Assembly: GCA_964454265.1 (NCBI GenBank)
Contig: CAYVXD010000002.1
Span: 888-64,887 of the forward strand
Direction of reading: 5' to 3'
From: an uncultured Candidatus Sumerlaeota bacterium
GTDB lineage: Bacteria > Sumerlaeota > Sumerlaeia > MWCT01 > JAUWMI01
Length of the DNA: 64,000 bases
The notes below the pieces were generated by a model. It was not told the origin of the DNA and did no database searches. It worked only from the letters and a program-made list of their open reading frames with translations. How positions within the stretch are numbered: position 1 is the stretch's first letter; the number at the start of each line of letters is the position of its first letter. Positions 58,073 to 64,000 of the stretch are shown piece after piece. The translations under genes were made by a program, and so were the position numbers.

Positions 58073-59437
58073 TTACAGGATGAACTTTGCAACCGCTTCA
58101 ATGTGATAGGTATGCGGGAACATATCAATCGGCTGAACTGTGTCAATGCGGTAACCGGCATTTGTAATCGCGATGAGGTCGCGGGCCAACGTAGTCGGGT
58201 TACAGGAAACATAGACGAGAACGGGTGCTTTCAATTCGAGGAGATGTCTCAAGGTTTTCTTGTCCATGCCGCTGCGTGGTGGATCGACAATGATGCGCGT
58301 GATACTATCGGCAATGGAAGAGAGAGCCGTTGGTAGCACCTTGCGCACCTCGCCTGTTATAAATGTGCAATTTGTCAAATTGTTAAGGGCGGCATTTCGC
58401 CGAGCATCCCAGATAGCTTCAACTTCGAGCTCAATGCCAATAACGGTCTTAACAGAGTCACTGCAGAAGAGGCCAATGGGGCCGATACCGCAGTATGCAT
58501 CCAGCAGCACGTCTTTCTTGCTCAAGTCGGCCATTTGCTTGACGACAGTATAGAGTTGCTGGGCAGCCAAAGTATTGGTTTGAAAGAAGGAGGAGGGGGA
58601 GATGAGGAAGCGCAGTGAGTCTAGATGCTCTTCAATCTGGCTGTCGCCATCCTGATAGGCGATGCGATCTAACCGGGCCACATCCGCCACGCCAGAGTGA
58701 ATTCCCCAGATCAGACCGGTTATGTTTGGCATCTGCTCACGTAAAGCTGCAGCGAGGGGCTCAATGGCCAACGTATCAGCAGCCGTGGTAAGCAGCGTAA
58801 TTATAATGTTGCCCGTTTGTTTTCCTTCACGCACAATCAGGTGGCGAAGCAATCCCTCGTGGGTTTGGGGATCATAGCTCGTGAGTTGTTGGCGGTTTAC
58901 CTCGTCGCGCAGAATCTGCAGAATAGTGTTGAAAATTTTTGGGTGGATGAAGCATTTCTTGATGTCAATAATGTCGAGATAGCTTCCTTCCTTGTGAAAA
59001 CCGAGGGTCACCTGTCCCGTGCTGCTGGTGCCGAATGTAAAGTCCATTTTGTTGCGGTAATGCCAGATTTCAGGAGAGGGGATGATGGGTCGAATCACCA
59101 GGTCTTTTTGCGCGCCCATGTGCTCCAGCGTAGTCTTGAGAATCTGTTCTTTGAATACCAGCTGGTGTTTATAGGGGATATTCTGCCAGGTGCAGCCCCC
59201 ACATTTGCCAAAATGCGGACAGGGTGGGGTGAGACGAAGCGGGGAGGGCGTCTGAATATCAACGAGTTCGGCACTGGCGTGGTTTGATTTTCGTTTGATT
59301 ATGCGAGCCCGGATAACGTCGCCCGGAACAGTGCCCGGCACGAAAATCACGAATCCGTTTACCTTACCAATTCCGCGACCGCCGTACGCCAGGTCTTTGA
59401 TCGTTATTGTGACAATATCATTTTGAGCGACATCCAT
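58073..59437 (-). CDS. rlmD: 23S rRNA (uracil-C5)-methyltransferase RlmD/RumA (TRAM + [4Fe-4S] + SAM-MTase)
   Basis: TRAM N-terminus (DIVTITIKDLAYGGRGIGKVNGFVIFVPGTVPGDVI), Cys cluster CPHFGKCGGCTWQ, MTase motifs LLDAYCGIGPIG and VIVDPPRSG, and catalytic C in VYVSCNP. Confidence 0.85.
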   Translation of the reverse strand: MDVAQNDIVTITIKDLAYGGRGIGKVNGFVIFVPGTVPGDVIRARIIKRKSNHASAELVDIQTPSPLRLTPPCPHFGKCGGCTWQNIPYKHQLVFKEQILKTTLEHMGAQKDLVIRPIIPSPEIWHYRNKMDFTFGTSSTGQVTLGFHKEGSYLDIIDIKKCFIHPKIFNTILQILRDEVNRQQLTSYDPQTHEGLLRHLIVREGKQTGNIIITLLTTAADTLAIEPLAAALREQMPNITGLIWGIHSGVADVARLDRIAYQDGDSQIEEHLDSLRFLISPSSFFQTNTLAAQQLYTVVKQMADLSKKDVLLDAYCGIGPIGLFCSDSVKTVIGIELEVEAIWDARRNAALNNLTNCTFITGEVRKVLPTALSSIADSITRIIVDPPRSGMDKKTLRHLLELKAPVLVYVSCNPTTLARDLIAITNAGYRIDTVQPIDMFPHTYHIEAVAKFIL

Positions 59438-59460
59438 CGCCTGGGTTTCTCTGAACGAAG

Positions 59461-59874
59461 TCAGTTTTGCATGCCTTTGCAGTAGTGAAAAAAATCTCTA
59501 GGTCGCCAATGCTGGGGGAAGTCACGGCACTGTGCAGGCTTTACCGGATGGATCTTGCAAAGATTGTTTTCGAGAAACACGCACTCACGTGTCTCCGTGT
59601 CGAGCAGCCAGTGTTCGTTGTCCTCCGCACCGACGTCCGTCTGCCCATCAGGACAAAAGGTGTACTGATTGTAAAACGAGGCCACTTTGATATTCAGAAA
59701 CCGTGCAATGCGCTCTGCCTCGTCGGGCGTAATCCTGACGTATCCATTGCCTCGGCAGCAATTGCCGCATCGCTTGCATTCAAACTGGGTGACCTCTGTA
59801 CGATCGCCATGCACAGGTGAATCTTCGTGAGTTGTGCCGGCTTCCTGGTTTTGTGGCGAGTTGTTATGCATCAT
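59461..59874 (-). CDS. YkgJ-family cysteine-cluster protein (UPF0153)
   Basis: CKRCGNCCRG ... C-x-DG ... CVFLENNLCKIHPVKPAQCRDFP matches the CxxCxxCC zinc/iron-chelating domain. Confidence 0.7.
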   Translation of the reverse strand: MMHNNSPQNQEAGTTHEDSPVHGDRTEVTQFECKRCGNCCRGNGYVRITPDEAERIARFLNIKVASFYNQYTFCPDGQTDVGAEDNEHWLLDTETRECVFLENNLCKIHPVKPAQCRDFPQHWRPRDFFHYCKGMQN

Positions 59875-59919
59875 GCGCTCTGCCAGATCATTTGTGGGGG
59901 ACGAAGATTTAAGCCCCTC

Positions 59920-62172
59920 TTATTTATACAGCGGCAGATCCTCCTCCTTGTATTCGATCTTTTGCAGGGTCGGATAGGCCACAATGCCTGCTTCCCCGAT
60001 TGACCCCGTGACTTCCAGGGGAAATCGTGGGCGTTTAGACCGGGTTTGGATTTCCAGCTGGATGCGTTGTTGATAGTTTAGTTCAGCGATCTGGCTCGAG
60101 AGAATGCGTCTGGCCTCCGCATCAATTTCTAATGTGTGTGGATGGGAATCGCCGTGTACGAAATAGTGCGCTTGATTGTTTGAAAAAATCGTAACGCCCT
60201 CTTCCGTCATTTCGCTGTTACGACGGTCGCCATCGAACAATTCTTGCTGGAGCCAAAGACCTTTATGATTCCATAGAACTGGCGTTGCTTGAAGAACTGT
60301 TTTGGGAATTGTCTGTTCAATAATAGGTGTTCTTTCGATTGCTGCAAGTTCTTTTTTGACTTTCTTCCGTAGTTTTGAGTCCGGATAAAGAGTCAGAATT
60401 TCTCTGAGAATGCTCACGCGGGGCTCAGGGGATGGAACTCGGTGGGCAAGCGTGTAGAGATGGCGGGCGCACGTGTTCTCCACACGTGCGATGCATTGTG
60501 TAGTCAGCTGGTCAGCCAGCGCGTAGTAGTGCAAAGCCTCTTCGCCACGCGCGTCATTTTTGTAATAGCGGGCGACCTTGGCTGACAGGCGCTTCGCTTG
60601 TAGGCTTGCGGGGTATTTGTTGATATAGAAAATCGCCCTGTCAATAATGCTTTCTTTTGACACGGGATTTGCCAGCGCGGTCTTTAGTGCACGCATAGGA
60701 ATGTCCGTGATACAGATGATCCCCAGGTGCTGTGCGAATTTGTTCTGCTGAGGCATTGTTTCTGATGCCGCCATGTATAGACGTGATTCATTGGTGTGCA
60801 CACCCAGGAGAAGATACGTGGCCAGGCGATGATGGTAGCGAGCATTCTCGCGGTCGTATGCCGCCAGCGGATTTATAAAAGGGCTTTGAGCCACCTGTTC
60901 TGCATGTTGTGCCATATTCGTTTGAGGATACTGTTTGGCTAGGAGGCGCATGCGGTCTGTGAGTTGTTGTGGATTCGCGGGATCGGCTGTGAATAAGTCA
61001 TGAGCGTATGCGGCTTCGTCGGCAAACTTGCTCGTCGGTACGTACTGAGTAAGGGTTAGTGCGATGCGAGTAATGTCTGCCTGGTCATTGCGCCCCAGAG
61101 CATAAAGTAGGCGACGATAGAGGGTTTCCTCGTCGCTTGCGTCTTGGAACAGTTCGCCGTCGAGAACCGTGACCGTATCAATCTGGCGGCGTCGGGTGCG
61201 CGAAATATCACGCAGGATATTTAATCTTTGCTTCTCAAATTTTCTGGCCTTTGGGAAGAGATGACACGCTTGCTGAATATAGAAGAGTGAATCGTCGAGA
61301 CGGCCAGCAGCACGGAGGCGCTTACTCTGTGCTGCGGCCAGGATCGCCTGCTGTGTGCGGCGCTTCTTTTCCAATCGCTCAATATGTCGCGTTAGGATTT
61401 CGACTCTTGGATCTTCGGGGTGTTTTTTCAGATAGGTGTTGGCTAGAACAAGGATTTTTCGTTCGCGTGGTGTAATTTTGGAAAACCTTTGGTAGAGGAA
61501 AGGCAGATCAAGCGCAAACCGAAACAACGGCTGTAGTCGGGCCGAGATCAGCTGGGAGGTTGATTTAGACAGCCGGTTGAACAAACTGGCAACATGGTTG
61601 TAGTAAAGCTCCCACCTGAGTCGAGAGGCACGGTTGAGTTCATCGCTTTGAGCATGTGTTAAAATTCCAGGCTTGAGCAAGGCATCCGGGTGCTCCTTCA
61701 AGATTCGTCTGGCCAGCTCAAGGCGAGAAATACGATCAGGCGTACATGCGGCTTGCAGCGCCAGGATATTGTCGTGCAGCTGGTAAGGCAAGGCCACACG
61801 GCCTGGCTCAGGCCGCTCGAGGGTTTTCGCCTCTTTATACAGTCGGTCCAGGAGCAAAACATCGCCGGTAAAACTGGCTATAGCGCTGGAACGGACAATC
61901 TGGTATGCTGTGTTGGACGTACAATTACCATTGCTGCAAAATTCCTGAGCGAAGCACGCGCAGCACAGCGCCGAGCATACGGCCGCAATAAATACTGGCA
62001 CAGTAAGCCCAGAGCTACGAGAAGCAAAATGGGAGTGATGGACAACCAGGCACTGCTTGGGCATTGAGTAAGGTACGCTATCCGTATTAAGAGTTTGAAG
62101 ATGAATTGCTGCAACTAAAATGCAGACAAGGACCCTGATCATTTTCTCAATGGCACTTTTGTCCGTGTGCAA
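59920..62172 (-). CDS. Large hypothetical helical-repeat protein (750 aa) with N-terminal signal/TM segment
   Basis: Long ORF with consistent codon usage. The N-terminus MIRVLVCILVAAIHL is hydrophobic and the protein is predicted largely alpha-helical (TPR/HEAT-like), with no recognisable catalytic motif. Confidence 0.5.
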   Translation of the reverse strand: MHTDKSAIEKMIRVLVCILVAAIHLQTLNTDSVPYSMPKQCLVVHHSHFASRSSGLTVPVFIAAVCSALCCACFAQEFCSNGNCTSNTAYQIVRSSAIASFTGDVLLLDRLYKEAKTLERPEPGRVALPYQLHDNILALQAACTPDRISRLELARRILKEHPDALLKPGILTHAQSDELNRASRLRWELYYNHVASLFNRLSKSTSQLISARLQPLFRFALDLPFLYQRFSKITPRERKILVLANTYLKKHPEDPRVEILTRHIERLEKKRRTQQAILAAAQSKRLRAAGRLDDSLFYIQQACHLFPKARKFEKQRLNILRDISRTRRRQIDTVTVLDGELFQDASDEETLYRRLLYALGRNDQADITRIALTLTQYVPTSKFADEAAYAHDLFTADPANPQQLTDRMRLLAKQYPQTNMAQHAEQVAQSPFINPLAAYDRENARYHHRLATYLLLGVHTNESRLYMAASETMPQQNKFAQHLGIICITDIPMRALKTALANPVSKESIIDRAIFYINKYPASLQAKRLSAKVARYYKNDARGEEALHYYALADQLTTQCIARVENTCARHLYTLAHRVPSPEPRVSILREILTLYPDSKLRKKVKKELAAIERTPIIEQTIPKTVLQATPVLWNHKGLWLQQELFDGDRRNSEMTEEGVTIFSNNQAHYFVHGDSHPHTLEIDAEARRILSSQIAELNYQQRIQLEIQTRSKRPRFPLEVTGSIGEAGIVAYPTLQKIEYKEEDLPLYK

Positions 62173-62273
62173 TCAGGATCGTCAAGCATATACCACGCAT
62201 CAGCTAACCCATTCCTGAGTGCCACAATGGTTGGCGCCCACGAAGGGATGAAATCAGCAGCTTGCTTGCCAGG

Positions 62274-63941
62274 CTATAGTAGCGAATAAGGCACAGCCTG
62301 TCTCCAGGCCTCCTCGTTCACGATGAAGTCGCGCTTGAAATAGAGAATGTAGCCGTCAATGTAGTTCCGCTCATCCCATATCCATTGAGCACCTGTGCCG
62401 GTCCATTCGAGCACGTTCATCTGGTATGAATATACCACATGATCGTAGTGTGTTCCATACTCGGTCACGGGACGCCACGAGGTGATGTCGTCAGTATGTA
62501 GCTCCCAGTCCTCGATTTGCGCGTCTGTGACCAGCCAGTCATTGTCAGTGATAGTTGATGAATCGAGCATGAGAACTTCTGCAATCACGCCGCCGAACAG
62601 AATAATATTACGGCACCGGATCGCCAGGGTGTGCCGACCAGGTTTAAGGGTGACCCTGAAGCGCTTGCATCCCTCGAACAATGTGCCGGAGCCAATTGGC
62701 TCGCCGTCAAGGTAAGCATTGTAGATGTCATCGCCGTTGATGAGAACCAGAGCGTTCTTCGTGCTTTCAAAGAGGTAGAGCATATCCTGAGCAACCCGGC
62801 GACGGTATCTACTATCCGAGTGATCGGCAATCTCTTGAAGTAGAGATTTAGCTTTGTCGGTCTGGCCGAGTTTTAACGCGAGTCGTGCTAGGAGAAACTT
62901 GATCACCTCAGAGCGCACAGGGGCTGTGTCGTGGCGGAGGCGTTGTTCGCAGATCTCTGCGGCTTGAGCCGTGTGGCCTTCGCGCTCGAGTTCGTATGTC
63001 TGGCGCAAGGTTGCCACATGATCCATAGTATCCACCATGCGGGCGGTCATCCGGCCACGTGCTGGTCCCAGGTAGCCGAATGAATCGCCTGGCTCAGTTT
63101 GATACCAGTAGGCGACGCTCGAATAGTCATCCGAGCGGCTGTTGGCGTGGCCGTGTTCGATAGTAACCTGAATGCTGCGCTTGAATGCAATAGGATCATC
63201 GAGGTGAAAACGGTAGACGCAGCTCTGGCCGCCTTTGACGTAGGCTTCATAATGTGGCACGCCATACAAGGGGGTCATGTAGGTATGGAGACCCCAGGCG
63301 TTGTTAAAATAATCTTCCGTACCGGTGCCATGAAGTGTGGGCGTTATGGCGCCATCAATAAAGATCATGTCATCGCCTTCGCCCCACCAGCCGACAGCAC
63401 GGCTATGGACGCCGAGGGTGCATCCGATATAATACCCCGTTCCGCAGACGTCGAGGATAGTGTAATTCCCTTGGCCGCGAATGTTTGGCTCCTGATTGAC
63501 AATATGATCAGCCTGAGCGCGCTGAGCGAGGTCCAAATCCAGGTCAATCCAGCCATCGGTAGGGAATTGCTGGTGATATTTTGCATGAAAGTAAAGGCCA
63601 GGAAATGCCCGGCGGCTGGTCTTGCGATAATCAATGTGATAGTATACGGTCACTGGTTGGAAGCCCTCGTTACGCAATTCCACAAGCGCCGAGCGCTTGA
63701 AGGGCATTATGAGATAGCAATTCTTGGCTGCGCCGCTATTGGTGACGACAATCGGGCGCGACTCCGCGTCCAGGTTCAATCCATGGGCGCTAAGGAAGAA
63801 ATCGCCAACAGGGGCTTCCACAGCAGGCAGAGAGGCGCCATCCCAAAAGATGCGCAGCACCACCAGCCGCGAGGCATATTCCTCGCCTGCGTATGTGAGC
63901 CAGAGATGGGTTATTTCGCCAGGTCCGCTAAGGCGCGTCAA
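62274..63941 (-). CDS. DUF2961 / glycoside hydrolase family 172-like protein with C-terminal extra domain
   Basis: WGEGDDMIFIDGAITPTLHGTGTEDYFNNAWG is the DUF2961 (GH172) signature. The true start may lie upstream, as the ORF begins 59 nt from the window end. Confidence 0.7.
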   Translation of the reverse strand: MTRLSGPGEITHLWLTYAGEEYASRLVVLRIFWDGASLPAVEAPVGDFFLSAHGLNLDAESRPIVVTNSGAAKNCYLIMPFKRSALVELRNEGFQPVTVYYHIDYRKTSRRAFPGLYFHAKYHQQFPTDGWIDLDLDLAQRAQADHIVNQEPNIRGQGNYTILDVCGTGYYIGCTLGVHSRAVGWWGEGDDMIFIDGAITPTLHGTGTEDYFNNAWGLHTYMTPLYGVPHYEAYVKGGQSCVYRFHLDDPIAFKRSIQVTIEHGHANSRSDDYSSVAYWYQTEPGDSFGYLGPARGRMTARMVDTMDHVATLRQTYELEREGHTAQAAEICEQRLRHDTAPVRSEVIKFLLARLALKLGQTDKAKSLLQEIADHSDSRYRRRVAQDMLYLFESTKNALVLINGDDIYNAYLDGEPIGSGTLFEGCKRFRVTLKPGRHTLAIRCRNIILFGGVIAEVLMLDSSTITDNDWLVTDAQIEDWELHTDDITSWRPVTEYGTHYDHVVYSYQMNVLEWTGTGAQWIWDERNYIDGYILYFKRDFIVNEEAWRQAVPYSLL

Positions 63942-64000
63942 GGTACTGGTTTGCCCGGGGGCAATCTGTATGCAATCAATGTTCTTCCCTGTTTGATCCC

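Overview
This window is a 64-kb, GC-rich bacterial chromosomal segment; the predicted genes point to a Gram-negative, possibly PVC-like, lineage. It holds a conserved core and three accessory patches.

Core: a complete F-type ATP synthase operon (atpZ-atpI-atpBEFHAGD, with atpC displaced), ftsY, waaA, nusB, an AmiC-like amidase, a SurA-like PPIase, rlmD, class II FBA, pepA (truncated at the window start), a histidine kinase/response regulator pair and a BlaI/BlaR1-like pair.

Accessory patches:
1. 2.3-12.3 kb: a cluster of minus-strand secreted repeat proteins. It contains a 17 x 50-aa beta-propeller-like protein with a probable frameshift, a 4-repeat/PT-linker protein, and two paralogous right-handed beta-helix proteins. 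A four-helix-bundle (Avd/23S-IVS-like) gene sits among them. Unusual 8-bp-periodic AACGG/CCGTT arrays and a duplicated ~240-bp non-coding module lie between the genes.
2. 32.6-36.8 kb: a ~4-kb insertion that splits atpD from atpC. It carries HepT/MntA, a frameshifted DUF433 gene, a second putative toxin-antitoxin pair and an ICMT-like membrane protein.
3. 46.5-49.7 kb: a low-GC islet at tRNA-Pro(CGG). It has a truncated tyrosine-integrase remnant, then an Orc1/Cdc6-like AAA+ ATPase and a SIR2-like protein. Each of these two genes is followed by a 74-76-nt attC-like element.

The third patch is the best candidate for an undescribed two-gene defence module in an integron-like (CALIN-like) cassette context.
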